A stretch of DNA of 64,000 nt from positions 282,844,001 to 282,908,000 of the forward strand of contig OZ024740.1 in the NCBI GenBank assembly GCA_964016885.1, written 5' to 3'. Both the position numbers and the translations under genes were made by a program. Positions 13,054 to 27,325 of the stretch are shown here, one piece after another (position 1 is the first letter of the stretch; every line of letters starts with the position of its first letter). The notes under the pieces are model-generated. The model was given only the letters and a program-made list of their open reading frames with translations. It did not search any database and was not told the origin of the DNA. This DNA comes from Eledone cirrhosa. Its lineage: Eukaryota.

Positions 13054-14425
13054 TTGAATTAGTATGGTATAGACAAGTACATATGTTGTTTAGGTGTATG
13101 ATATTGTCAATGCTCTGATATGCCCAGTTCCTTGTTGAGTTGTTAATTCACTGGGGAACTGGAGTCAGTGCTCCAGCCTGCATACTGAGGTGTTGGTATA
13201 CAACCAACATAAACTCAAAATCTATCTATATATATATATATATATATATTTGTTTAAGTTTGTTTGATAACTTCTAGTCGAGTGCTTTATTCGGTTTGAA
13301 TAAGGGGATTCATTCCTTTATCTCAAATTAGAATACACCGCCTAAGCGGGGGTTACCACCTTTCGGACAAAACCATGTGTCTGTGGCGACCTTTAAAGTC
13401 ACAGCATACCCGCTTTGGCTAAGAACGAAAGACTTGCTGAAGAAGTAAATCCTATGTTCTGTCGTCAAAAACCATTATATTGCAGACTCCTGCAATAGGA
13501 ATTTGTCGATCATGGATTTGCAGAAACTTAGCGCTGTCGTTGCGTGCGATTTTGCGATCAATATTGTGGAAACACCATGTGGATTGTATATTTTACACCC
13601 AGCCTCAGCGTTATGTCCAGGTCAGTAAAAAATCTTTACCTGGGTCCTGTATTTTCGTTGCTCTGGTGATGCGGTCGGACTGCCGACTGCTATATCTAAT
13701 TTGCTAAGCTGTCTGAACATAATGTTATACTCTGGGGTCTTACCTCATATGACTGCTAAAGCTACAAACCGAATAAGCATACACGCTAGCTTGGGCGTAT
13801 ACTAGAGCTTCGTCTATGCTGTACTAACATTTATATATAATATATATATATTTGGTTCGTTCATATAATATATATATATTTGGTTTTCCTGTTGTACGGA
13901 TTGATCAACTAACACTTGTGTTCATAGGACTAAGCGTTCTACGTATTATACTTTCCAGATTATGCTATAATCACGCATATTCATGTACAACGAAGTACTG
14001 GTATAATAATGAAGAAAGGATTATGTAAGACTCTTAGATAATTTTTTTAATCGGGTCATTATTGTTATACATATTTCGATGGTATTAGTTATACAATAGA
14101 TACGATCTCATTAGACAGCTATTATGTAATCTTTTATTTATAATGCGATATACCACAGGTGAATGTAAACGTTTAAGACCAGGAAAAAGAGGCGGCACAA
14201 CTGCGATAATCATTGAGGAGGTCTCAGTACATGTGACGGAAGAACTTTGATAAACAAATATATAACGAACAATAAAGAGAAAGCGAAAATTACATGGTGC
14301 GTGTATTTTTTTTCTATTGGCAACATGGGAGATGGTAACATGAATGGACCTGTTATTTTGGTCTAAAAACACATTTTCAAAGTAAGCGCTGACCGTCCTT
14401 TCAACCTTTCTAATTTCTCATTCTT

Positions 14426-14461
14426 TCTTCTCATGCAGGACTAGTGTCCGAAACGTTAAGA
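14426..14461 (+). ncRNA. Degenerate hammerhead remnant
   Basis: ucuu-CUCAUGC-a-ggac-uagu-gucc-GAAACGUU-aaga; the core is mutated relative to CUGAUGA. Confidence 0.4.
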
Positions 14462-14563
14462 CCCTCTTCCTACTATTTCAAGCGTTAAACTAATATATTC
14501 CTTCCATATACTGTACTGTTTGTGTTGTTATTTCTGTTTACCTTTTACATACATACACGCACG

Positions 14564-14634
<71 letters not shown>

Positions 14635-15049
14635 ATATATATGTATATATATATATACATATGTATATATATAGGTTTATATAAATGTGTAAATCTATCT
14701 CTTTTTACTCTCACATTTTCTGAATATCTTCCACTCGCTTATCCGTTCTGTCCTTCACTACAAAAGAGAGAAAGAGAGAAACAGACAATTCCACACCAAA
14801 TGGCCAAATTACTTTCACATGAATACGGTCAAATAAATAAAATTGAATATCATATCAATTACTGTTTTATACATCAAAATAAAGGTTACTATTTCTTGAC
14901 CGATGGAATAAGAAACAATATATATTTGTTGTTTGTGTTCGTTCTCTAATTTATGAGTATAAACTGGACACACACAGAGACAACGGCATTGCCAATATCT
15001 ATTATGAAAGTAACAATATATTTTGGCAAATATTACAAAATATTTGGCC

Positions 15050-15380
15050 AATAAAATAGAATCGTTATGGATGTTCACTGGAGCGGCAAATACAGCACTT
15101 GTTCAATGCAAGACATCGGCATAAAGAATATTATTCATTTTGCTCAGAGTTGTTACTGGCCATGAAAGAAGCCTCCAGAAATTAGTGAAAAGTTGCAGCT
15201 GACCACCCATTAAATGACAGCAGTCCTAAATTTTATAGATTCAACATCATCGAAAGTATGCTATGTTTCTGTCAGATCTGAAAGAAACCATTTGAAAGGC
15301 AGAATTGTATTTTTGAATCTATTGAAAACATGCCTCGGGTGTGTCCTGGAAGATAAGATTCTTTGAAAATTCAGGAGGCA
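15050..15380 (+). pseudogene. Possible highly decayed hAT-type transposase fragment
   Basis: Broken frames give weak echoes of hAT motifs (..AVLNFI.S.., ..KIL.KF); many stops. Confidence 0.25.
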
Positions 15381-16100
15381 CTTTTATTACAGACTACACA
15401 TTACACATTACACATACGCAGAATTACTCTGTGTAAGTGTGTGTTTGTGTAATGTAGCATTGCAAACGTCATAATCGAAGACGGCTGTCTCCCGCAACTT
15501 TCTATAACACACTTTCCCTTTACTTTTAAAATCTCAATGAAAATTTTATCTCTTTTTTTATCTCTCCCCTCTCTTGACGAGTATCTCTCTCTTACTGTTC
15601 CTAGCTTCCTTCTGAAAGATTTCCACTCACATTCTTTCATCCCTCTGTCTCTTTCCCATCTCCTTTTCTATCATCTCTCTCCCCCTATTTCCTTTTTTAC
15701 CCTCCCCTATTTCCTTATATACCCTCTCATTCTCTGTGTCCTTCTCTACAAAGTCTAGAAAGAGAGACAATTCTAAAACAAAATGGCCAGATGACTTGTT
15801 ATGAATACGGGGAAAATCAATAGAATTGAATTTAATATATATTACTGTTCCATATATAATAAATACTACCATTACATATTCGTTGGAATAAGGAAAGTTA
15901 ATATACAATTTTTGTGGATTTGCCCCACCCCACCTAGTACAGCCCAGAAACAAATAGAAATAACTTTCCTGTATATATACCACAACAGAAACACAAACCC
16001 TCCATCTCAATTCTACTTTTGAAAAAATCATAAGATCTGTGAAACCGGTAAAGTAAATAAATAATCCTAAAAGACTCCAGATGCATTTTCAATTTATTTT

Positions 16101-16198
<98 letters not shown>

Positions 16199-16627
16199 AT
16201 ATATATATATGTATTATGTATATACATAGGTACATACAAATATATATATATACATAAACACACACTCTCATATATATATGTATATAGGGTGGTGATGAGG
16301 GAGGGCAATAATTATTTGTGAAAAACAATAACTTATACAAAATCTTTAGAAGTTAAAAACAACCGTCAGCAAAATGTTGTTTGTAAAACAAGGGATGGAT
16401 GTCAAGGGTAACTTACTCTTTTCATTAACATCTAAATTGAATCAGTGAATAAGAATTTGTGTAGGAGGCGACGCCGATGTATTGCTGTTGGAGGTGGTGG
16501 TGTGTAATTTTAGGCTCGGTCGAGTGGAGCAGATCAAAAAGTTTATATGTAGAAATGTTGGAATAAAAGCTGGAGAATAAAATTCCTGCTAAATAACATA
16601 TCCATGAAATATATCCACCAGCTGATG

Positions 16628-16703
<76 letters not shown>

Positions 16704-16863
16704 TCTATCTCTCTCACTCTTTCTCTCTCTCTCTCTTTATATATATATATATATACACACTATGCTTATATCGAAGTAGTAGTTGCAATACAGCAGATAC
16801 CAATCGAAACGCGAGTTTCTGACTCCGTTACTTCATTTTGATATATATATATATATATGTATG

Positions 16864-16934
<71 letters not shown>

Positions 16935-16937
<3 letters not shown>

Positions 16938-17280
16938 GGAGGTGAGTTTTATTGTAGCACAATAAATCAATGCAAATATCGGATAAGTAGCACTCTACAG
17001 TTTGTAGGACTGGAGTATAAATATAAGATCAAAAGATGGTTAAAAGAGTTCCAAGTATTTTATTATGCGCATTTCAAAAACAAATGTCATCATGGCATGA
17101 TATCTGCGTTCTCATCAGATAACATAGGGAGACATGATATGAAGCTTAAAAAACACTTGTGAGCAGTGAAGTTTTAAATCAACATATCATCCCATGATGA
17201 TATTTGTTTTTGAAATGCGCATAATAAAATACTTGGAACTCTTTTAACCATCTTTTGATCTTATATTATATATATATATA
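16935..17280. mobile_element. PLE fold-back remnant: arms ~17020-17103 and ~17184-17268, single-copy tail 16935-17019
   Basis: Inverted arms between (TA)n tracts; the left side carries a complete hammerhead. Confidence 0.75.
17056..17126 (-). ncRNA. Minimal type I hammerhead ribozyme
   Basis: UAUGUUAU-CUGAUGA-gaac..aucau/augau..guuu-GAAAU-GCGC-AUA-AUAAAAUA. Stem I 7/8 paired. Confidence 0.7.
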
Positions 17281-17368
17281 GTAATAATAAAAAATGTGAA
17301 GACTAAAATCTAAAGAGGGCTCGATAAGGGTGAAAGCAGCGATTCTTTGCTTAAACTTTAATCAGTTA

Positions 17369-17503
<135 letters not shown>

Positions 17504-17589
17504 TTGTGTATAATGGTAGCTACGGTGCTTCCATAGGCGGTATGCCAAAATTAGCACTCAATATTCATGGTGTAGAGTGTGGATAGTAT

Positions 17590-18410
17590 TTTTTTTCCGA
17601 GCGTTGGATGAGTGCTTTCCGCCGACGAACAAGTACCACAAAATCTTCAACCGCCACACGGTGAAGTTTTCCTTCTCCACAGAACCTAACATGGCCGACT
17701 ACATGGCTAAAACTAACGCGGTGAAGGTGGCGAACATTGACCGTCAACCGCGGCGACAGAATGGCCGTCTATCGAAGCGTGAGGGACCACCCGGGAACCG
17801 GCCCTCAAATGACAACCCGGCGCCCGAGGCGACAGGAAGGCCCGCGGAGGGTGATGTGGTCCAACGCCGAGAGGGAAATAGAGGCATAGGGGAGACCACA
17901 GTGTCGGCGGAACAACACCCTGGGAACCTTGAGAGGGCCATAACAGATCGAGGCCCGGACATCGGATGCGTAAGAACTGGCAACAGAACTTGTAACTGCA
18001 GAGCGGGCACCCAGTGCCCCCTGCAGGGAAAATGCCTGACGAAGGACCTGATATACAAGTGTGTGGTTACAACCCAAAATGCGCATCGCACCTACATCGG
18101 CGCAACATCCACGACCTTTAAATCGCTGATATATAATCACATGAATTCCTTCAGGGACCGTAACAAAAGGCACCTACTAGGTTAGTGGACCTGGTGTGGT
18201 ACCTGAAAGACCAAGGCACTCCGTACGCCCTGGAATGGAGTATCGTTTAGCCATGCGAGGGCATATTCGGATGGAAGTAGAAAGTGCCGATTATGCCTAC
18301 ACGAGGCCATGGAGATAGTCAGACTGAAAGTGACGCCGTCAACATGAAGTCTGAAATTATCATGACCTGCAGACACCAGAGAAGATGCACATTTGCTGTT
18401 TGCTGCATGG
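17590..18410 (+). pseudogene. Penelope-like element ORF remnant with C-terminal GIY-YIG endonuclease
   Basis: LDECFPP..YHKIFNRHTVKFSFS, CNCR...CPLQGKCL...LIYKC...TYIGATSTTFK...NH..SFR, then after a frameshift CRLCLHEA...N.KSE...CRH. Confidence 0.85.
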
Positions 18411-19367
18411 AATCCTCCGGGTGGCACAGGCCAGTGCCATGGGACCGGGTACGCACAGACCCGAACGGCCCAACGGGATTAAGGGACCTGACGCCATGCC
18501 CTGATGACATTGTGCGACTCGTGTGGCAAACATAAGTAAACCAGGGTGCGCACCTGACCGAGCACGCAACATTGGGCAGGTACATCGCCTAGGCCGGGAC
18601 CGGCTAACACGGGGTCCACGGTCGTCCGGTCCAATACCCCAGACATATAGAAGAGCACACCCCAGCCACGGTGGCATACGCCATGTTGACCGGGCCAAGC
18701 GTCCCCTTGAATGTGTACCCCGTAAATCGTGAATATATACTCTCCACATGTTCCACTTTGGAACAATTATTATTACTCTTATTATTGTTTTGTTATTGTT
18801 ACTTGTTCCATGTACGGACCTAAGTTTGCACCTCATACTACCTGTGTGTAGTATATCGCATGGATACACGCACCTTCTCCTGTAACCCCCCCCCCGTTTT
18901 TTATTTACCCCTTTTGTATTTATCTATTTGTGAAGTTACATAAAATATTGTAAATTTATTTATTTTATTTTATTATCCTATTGTGTTTATATGTGTGTGT
19001 TTTTATGTGTAGACCTGTGCGTAGGTATATGTATGTGTGTGTGTATGTAGATATATATATATATATACGTGGGTGTGTATGGGGGTGTGTATGTATGCAT
19101 GTGTACGTATATGCATGAGCTTATAGGCGTGTGTGCATGCATGTACATCTATGTACATATGTGGCTGAGTGTGTATATATATATATGTATATATATGTAC
19201 GTATAGCTGCGTATGAGTATGTGTGTGTATGTGGGTGTGCGTATCTTTGTATATGTGGGTCTCTATATGTATGTGTATTTATGTGTGCATATATATGTAT
19301 GTGTACATCTCACAGGAATGTGTACGGATGGATTATATATTCATTTTATTATTATTATTATTATGGT

Positions 19368-19552
19368 TTGGCAGTATCGGTAGAGGGTCGGACGCCATGC
19401 TTTGACGCATAGAGTTACGACCCTTGTCATTCTGAGTTCAAATCCCGCCGAGGTAAAACTTTGCCTTTCATCCTTACGGGGTCGATAAAATAAAGTACCA
19501 GTAATACACTGGGTTATTGCTGGCCTTGCACCAAAAGTATAAACAATTATTT
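19368..19552 (+). mobile_element. tRNA-derived SINE
   Basis: Matches the SINE consensus; preceded by (ATT)n. Confidence 0.85.
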
Positions 19553-19977
19553 TATCATATATCCATTGTATATATCTGTATATGTATGTATGGATATGTG
19601 TGCATGTATATATATATATGTGTATATTATATTGTATACTATATTCATATTTTATGTTATGTTATTTTACTGTTATTTTATGGTATGTTGTGTTTTTTAT
19701 TATATATTGTATTTTTATTTTACGGTTTCGTTTATATATGTATATGTGGAAGCATGTGTGTGTAAGCAAATATGTGCATGTGTCTGCATGTGGCCGTCTG
19801 TGTGCGTATGTATATATATGTAAATGTATATATGTGTGCATGTATATATGTATGTATATATGTGAGTGTGCGTATGCATTTAGAGTTGTTTATATGTATA
19901 TGTGTATGTATGTGTGTATGTAGTTATGTGTATGTATGTGTGTTTTGTATGTATGTGTATGTATATATATATATATG

Positions 19978-20060
<83 letters not shown>

Positions 20061-20107
20061 GTATATAAGGTTGTGCGTAGGTATGTGTGCGCGCGTATGT
20101 GTGTGTA

Positions 20108-20421
20108 TATGTGTATGTTTGCGTGGGTGTGTGTACACATATGGACATATGTGCGTATAAGTTTCTATGTGTATATGTGTGTATACATGTGTATGTATGT
20201 GTGCGTATGCATATATGTATATGTGTATCCGTGTATGTCTGCATGCGTGTGTATATATGTGTGTGTACATATACACACACACACATATACACACGCATGC
20301 ATATATGTATACATATATGCATACGCACACATACATATACATGTATACACACACATACACATAGAAATTATACGCACATATGTCCATATGTGTACACACA
20401 CCCACGCAAACATACACATAT
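20108..20421. repeat. Inverted duplication within RY-rich low-complexity DNA
   Basis: gtttgcgtgggtgtgtgtacacatatggacatatgtgcgtataa is mirrored by ttatacgcacatatgtccatatgtgtacacacacccacgcaaac; centre ~20270. Confidence 0.75.
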
Positions 20422-21091
20422 GTGTGTGTGTGTATATGTACACACACACATACAGATAAAAATATATATATATATGGTGTGAGTATCTGTCAGTGGGTGT
20501 GTGTGTGCGTGTGGTCGCGTACGTACACCCACATAGGACAGGGTTTGTCTATGTGTTTATATACGGGTTTATATAAACGTGTGTGTATACAGACGTGTAC
20601 GTCTGCGCGTGTATGCGCGTTTGCGTGCGTGTCGGACCGGATGTATGGCGCGGTTTAGGCAAGCGCTAATAGGTTTGTGGCGGTCGGTATCTAGAAGTGG
20701 GTGTGCCTGGGTTTGTGGAAGAGAGAGGGAGTGTGTGCGTTGTATATATGTGCATGGGGGTATGTGTGTCTACAAAACTATGCGTACATATGTGTATGCA
20801 CGCATGTGTCCGTGTCTGCCCGTGTGTGTGTATATGTGTGTGTGTGTATATGTGTGGGTACATACTCAGGAGTGTGAACAGTCGTGTGAGATAACGAACC
20901 CAGCATGACTCCATTGAAATGTGTCGGACGGAAAATGGCTGATGACCCGTGTAGCAGTAAATAGTGACCAGAACTTAAAGATGACGTAGAATAGCAACAG
21001 CCAATGGCATGACAAGAGTGAGAGATGTTTTTTTAAGGTGTTTTTTGACGATAACACCTCAGTGAAAAAATTTGCTCCGAACGAACTACCC

Positions 21092-21188
21092 ATGTCTGAA
21101 GGAACCTGCAGCCGTACAATCAGCCAGACCCATACAGCCATCATGTCTCGAACTACCTGACGGCGAAACAATTGTAACACGCAATAAA
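21092..21188 (+). ncRNA. Degenerate hammerhead plus AATAAA; probable PLE 3' end
   Basis: augu-CUGAAGG...gccgu...acggc-GAAAC-AAUU-GUA-acac, then gcAATAAA; (TA)n at ~21229. Core spacing is non-canonical. Confidence 0.45.
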
Positions 21189-21225
21189 CTGAATCCAGAT
21201 GCATCACTGATTTTTCGTTTTTCTA

Positions 21226-21266
<41 letters not shown>

Positions 21267-23019
21267 TGTGTGTGTGTGTCTTTGTCTGTATGCGTGCATG
21301 TGTGTGTGTGCTTGTGTGTCTTTGTGTGTATGTGTGTGTGCCTTAGTGTGTTTGTGTGTGTATATGTCGGTGCCTGTGAGTGTGCATCAATGGAACAAGC
21401 TGCTAGTGAAATAAACATATTCCACTAATATGGGCACCATTAGTAGAATTCTTAGGGAGATTCAACATGACACAGTTTTTGTTACTGCTACCGTAATTGT
21501 TTGAATTACAGCTACAATCCACCCGATGGGCTTTTGATCAGTTACCGTTTTGCCAATTTCATTTAGAATGCTTGGACCGACTCTTAGTATTTGACCAGGA
21601 TGCAACGCAACGGGATCTAATCTGGAACTTCATGATGGCGAAGCGAACATCTTTCTCATTCGGCCTTGCTTATTCCACAAATTATCACCACCAACAACAG
21701 TTATAACAGTTGAATGTCACCTAGATTACAGTTAACATAAGTCATCGAAATATTTAAAGTAAGAAGAATCTGTTTGGAACAGAATGACGTTACTGAAACT
21801 TGGAAAAATAGATTAAAAGACGAAAACACGAAACACAAATAGAAAAGATAAAATGCTGAGTAAATTATTTTATTCTAATATAATTAGAAAATGGAAACGC
21901 CTTTGATCAGAATCATTGTTCACGAATTAATTAACTTCACTGTAATAAGCCTGATCGACAAGATAAAATTATTGTTGCATACAAAATAGGTTTCGATTTT
22001 GACGTCAACGATAACGTACGAAGAATGTCGAATGTTGTTGAAAACATATCTGAAAACAGTGTTTTATAAAAATGCGTTAACAAGGGGAGTGCTAAGCGCT
22101 GAGGAGTACCAACAGTATGAAACAGATTTCTGTCAGCTTATTTCCCTTTGTTTGCTGAAAAAAGAAGTGACATAGTCACTACTTTAAAGCAATAGCGTAA
22201 GGTCTTGAAAATGCTTTTAATTAAGCATACAGTGTATTACCAAATACACTATATATACATTCATATATACATCGCTATTTCAGAGCACTAATTCTAATTT
22301 TCAATTTTTTGGTGGATCTAATTTTTAAATTATATATATATATATATATTACTATGTATTTGTTCTGCAAGATTATTTATGTGATATCGTGTGTTTAAAC
22401 CGATATTGTTATATATGGGGATTGTCATGTTGCCAATATTACCAATGGAAAGAAACACAAGCACCATATTATTTTCACATTTATCTTTATCTTTATTGTT
22501 CGTTGTTCATTCGTTTGTCAAAGTTCTTTCGTCACACATTATAAATAATGCCTATTTTTCCTTTGAAGCAATTCGAGAATGCTATGATTTTCGCCCCGAG
22601 TCAGTTTTGAGAAATGCTGACAAGGTCCAAAGCTATTTCAGCCGTTACACACAATCTTGTTTCAGACAAGGGCTATAATATTTAAGGGATCTCGGCGTTT
22701 TAAAAACAGTTGGATATGATTTTTAAAAAGGTTTGGTATGTTATTTCTAAAACCATGTAGAGACTACGTAGATGCCTCATTTATTGGCTGATTTACAAAT
22801 AGTTGTCGCTCTTATTGTTTAACCCTAGGTCAATTATCCTGGCGCAGACATAAATAAAGGTGTGATTATCCCGTTTATTTAAGTGTATGTATAACAATCT
22901 TCTAAGCTGGCTGTCCTTCCTTTACTAAGATGGTAACGTGTGACTGGCTTCTGTTTGAAAATGATATATTTTTAATTCCATGGTGTTGCTTTCACTGTTT
23001 AATGTAATATACCAGAAAT

Positions 23020-23330
23020 AACATATGGAACAGAGGCATTGTCGATGACTAAACATATGGAACATAAGGTTAGAAAAATGCAAAGATGTGTGGAAAAATT
23101 CATATTAGAAACCATTAAGAATACGGCAATTTTTCAATGGATAAGAGAGCAAACAAAATCACAAAAGACCATAAAAATATATTGAGAAGAGAAATTGAAA
23201 GTGGTTATGGCATATGTCATAAACATATGACAGCAGATGGACAAAGTTGCGTGTAAAAATGGAGAGAGAGGTAGGTGGGTTCACGTATTCGAGGATGAGA
23301 GAGAACAGATGGCATATATTTGGCGAGTCC
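23020..23330 (+). pseudogene. Decayed RTE-like LINE 3' fragment
   Basis: Broken frames resemble IR..TK..DI.....LKW.W..V....D.RWTK. Confidence 0.35.
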
Positions 23331-23880
23331 TTCACTGTGCAGTCTACAAATAACATCTGAGATTATGTCGATGTAAATGACGTGATTCTAGGGAGATTTG
23401 CTTGCTGTTTCTTGCATGTTGAGATTCGCATTAGAGGTGGACCTTGTTCTATAAAGAAACGTGAGTATCCTCAATAAAATATTCTATGTTGAAAAGGTAT
23501 AAGGGTAGATAAAAATGGACGGAGTGATTATGTTAGTTTAAAATTAATGAATAGAATTGGAAGGATTCGAATCGATATGAATTCCTTGAAACCAATCACT
23601 GCAAAACACATTGAACCATAAATAAAGTGGAAAGAATTAGAACATGATTGTTACATGTGTAGTCAGTATAAATAAACTGTTTTGTGCTGGAGGGTGTATA
23701 CATCTAAGATGCTATTAATAATGGCTACAACAACAACAAACGGCACCATCCAAAACAACAATCACAACAACATCAATAATAAAAAAATAATCACAAGATA
23801 ATAATGACAGCATAGCAGCAGCAACAACATATGATGATGATGATGATGATGATAACGATGAAGATGATGATGATGATGAT

Positions 23881-24135
23881 GGCCAGCAAATAGCCAGTGT
23901 ATTACTGGTACTTTATTTTATCGACCCCGTAAGGATGAAAGGCAAAGTTAACCTCGGCGGGATTGAACTTAGACCGTAAAGGGGCATAACTATTGTTGCA
24001 AAGCATGGCGTCCAGCCCTCTACCGATACTGCCAATCCACCGCGATGATGATAATAATAATAATAATTGTTTCTACTTTAGGCACAAGGCCAGCAATTAC
24101 CCAGTACATTACTGGCACTTTATTTTAACGACCTC

Positions 24136-24137
<2 letters not shown>
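23881..24137 (-). mobile_element. SINE copy (23881-24043) and SINE 3' fragment (24066-24137)
   Basis: Reverse complement of the SINE consensus; bordered by (GAT)n/(AAT)n. Confidence 0.85.
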
Positions 24138-24183
<46 letters not shown>

Positions 24184-24187
<4 letters not shown>

Positions 24188-27017
24188 TTTCTTTATTAAC
24201 CACAAGGGTTTACATAAAGTAGACATTAAGGACAGTGCAGGACAATGCAGGACGGTACAAATGGGCATTTCTGCGTGTAAAAAACAAAAACAGAGGATGT
24301 AACAAAAAATAACAATGAAAAATTCCCCAATAGGAGGTAGACTTCGGAGGGACATTTGTGAAGAAAGCCCAGTAAAAGGCCACAATGACCCTGACCACCA
24401 AGGCAAGTGTCCTCTCCCAGTTTTCCACCTTTAATTTACAGACACATACTCAGAGAAGGCCCATTCATTCGGGCCATACTTGCTTCTCTCACCGATCTTT
24501 CAACAAAATGCTGGGAAGAGAGCACTTCCCTCTCTACCCTGATTTTCCTTTTCAAATGAAATTTGAAAAAGTTAATCAGGGCATCACCGAAGAGGTAAGT
24601 GCTCGTCTTCAGCCCTTTCAAACGTGTCCACCATACTATCTCTTTCGCCATGGCCACCAGACAGATAAAAACTGCCTGCCCTTCCCGGCTAAAGGAGGAG
24701 GGCGGGGCAATCCTCACGATGGACTCAGATGATAGCCGGATCCGTCCTAAACGCGACAGCAGGTGTTCGACATAAACCCACAAGTCAGCAATGCTCGGAC
24801 ACTGGACGAGTGCGTGCAGGACGGTTTCGTCGCCCTGTGCGCATCTCGGACATGCCCGGCTGACGGCACCTCCATGCCTGTAGAGTTTATCCCGAACTGG
24901 CAAAGCTCCCCGGTAGCACTGCCAGGCCAGGGATTTCTGGAAGTTGTCTATAGGCCCCGGCCCGAAAGTCCTTCCGAAGAGATTGGCTAGTTGATTTTCG
25001 TCGACGCCTAGAGTTTCTCCAAGTACGTCGTCGCTCTTCCGCTCCACTAATCCTATATAGAACGCCAAGGTGGAGTTTCCACCGATCACATTGCCCGATT
25101 GGTCGAGGGCTGTGAGCGCCTGAAGACATTCCAGTCTCCAAGCGCTCCCTCTCGGTCTTCGCTTGACCCAGGACTGCAGCTCCGTCAAGGAGACGAGCTG
25201 GGGAAAGACGTGTCTAGCAAACGGCGACCACACCTGATCACCGTCGAGGAAGAGGTGGAGATGTCGTAGCCTGAGCGCGTGTCTGCGCATCATCAGCCAC
25301 GGCATTCCCAGCCCTCCACGTAGCGGGTGTTGACAGCAGATGGTCCGCCTGACCATCGGAGCGCGTCCCTTCCACAAAAAGCGAAAGAGCAAACGCTCCA
25401 GCGCAGTCAGGCGGGGCTTACGACAAGGTACGACGGTCAGGCGGTAGTAGATGACGGACGCGATGTACGCGTTAGCCACCTCCGCTCGACCTTTCAGGGA
25501 TAGCTTCCTCTCCGCCCATTTCTGGGTGAGAGAAGACACCCTGCTCGTCACCTCGTCCCAGTTTTTGTCCGTCAGAAGATCCGGACCGAACCAGACCCCC
25601 TAGCAATTTAACCGGTCCGTCCGTCCAGCGCCCGACAACGCTGTTGGACGGCATCGAGCTGCCTCTCCAGGTGCCGAACTGCAGGCCCACTGACTTTTCT
25701 TGGTTGATCATGGCTCCTGTCACCGCTTCGTATTCTCTTAGTGTAGTGCCGATCGCCTCGATGTGTTTGGCGTTCGACACCACTACGGTGACATCGTCCG
25801 CATATGCTGACACGGATCTTCCGCATCCTAGTTCGCGCGGGATCCCCCTCAACGTCTCCAGTTTGTGCAGTAATGGCTCGAGAGTCAACACGTACAAGAG
25901 GGACGAGAGGGGACATCCTTGGCGGACCGAGTGCATGATGTTGAACGGTTCCGAAAGCTGACCGTTCACTCTCACCACAGAGCAGATGTCGCTGGCAGCG
26001 ATCCAGCCTCTGAAGACGGGCCCAAAGCCAGCAGCCCCCAGGACTGCCACTAGGTAACGATGGTCAACCCTATCGAAAGCTTTCGACTGATCTAAATTGA
26101 TCAAGGACCCTCCCGTGCCAGGTTCCCTAGCTACCCTCTCCACGATGTATCACATGAGGTGGAGGTTGTCGTGGATAGATCTGTCGGGAATGGCTGCGCC
26201 TCTCCCACAAGACCACCAACGACAAGCGCCAACCTCTTTGTTAGCACCTTGGCCAAAATCTTGAACTCTGTGTTTAGCAGAGTTATGGGCCTGAAATTAT
26301 CTATGTTATCCCCCTTGTTCGGTTCCTTTCTCAGCAGCGCCATCGCTCCTCGGCTAACAGAGCTGGGAATTCTTCCGTTCTGTTGCCAGTTGCAGTAGAC
26401 GTTCGCCAAGAGGCCTCCGAACAAGTCTGGCATCTGTACGTAAAGTTCATAGGGCAGACCATCCAAACAAGGCGATTTAACCCTTGTGCAACCAATCATT
26501 GCCTCCCGTACTTCAGCGGCCGTTATCGGATTTTCACAACACTCCGCCTCAGTGGCCGAGAGCCGCGGCTGTCCGTCGAGGTAGACAGTAAAGTCCATCC
26601 CTCGACCCGGCCCGCCGCTGCCCCCGAACAGCTGAGCGAAGTGTCGCTGAAAAGCTTCACACATTTGCCCGGGATCGAATAGCATGCGCCCGTCGTGGTC
26701 CACCAAAGACCGGATCGTGGCATTGTTGCCACGACGCGCCTCTGCCACTCGGGCCCATTGAACGGCTTTCATCCCCTCGTGTCTGAGAGCACGCACCCTA
26801 GCTCTGACAACGCAGCCTTCGTGCTTTGCATTGAAGAATTGGTCAAGGGCTAATTTCGCCGCAGTACGTCGGTCGCGATGCCTTTGCTAAGCGCCTCGTC
26901 TAATTGTCTACCTAGTTCTCCGTCTGCTCTATTTTTCTCTATTGCTAAGGCCTTAATAAACCTAATGGATTCTATTCTAATCGCTCTTTTCAGAGCAAAC
27001 CACCATTTGTTGTTGAC

Positions 27018-27020
<3 letters not shown>
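24184..27020 (-). mobile_element. 5'-truncated, frameshifted copy of Tx1/L1 family 1
   Basis: ORF fragments 24436-25551, 25472-26143 and 26131-26796 closely match ORF2 27326-30745. Same 3' UTR, ending in (ATT)n. Confidence 0.92.
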
Positions 27021-27064
<44 letters not shown>

Positions 27065-27325
27065 TTTCTTTATTAACCACAAGGGTTTACATAAAGTAGA
27101 CATTAAGGACAGTGCAGGACAATGCAGGACGGTACAAATGGGCATTTCTGCGTGTAAAAAAAACAAAAATAGAGGATGTAACAAAAATAACAATGAAAAT
27201 AACAATGAAAAATTCCCCAATAGGGGGCAGACTTCGGAGGGACATTTGTGGAGAAAGCCCAGTAAAAAGCCACAATGACCCTGACCACCAAGGCAAGTGC
27301 CCTCTCCCAGTTTTCCACCTTTAAT

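Noticed and set aside
13274-13789. ~25-bp degenerate inverted repeat between (TA)n tracts
   Set aside because: May be another fold-back remnant, but too short and no ribozyme core was found.
18498-18546. ctgatga...gcaaac-ataa-gta downstream of the PLE ORF
   Set aside because: GAAA is not intact and stem I is not adjacent; likely chance or too decayed.
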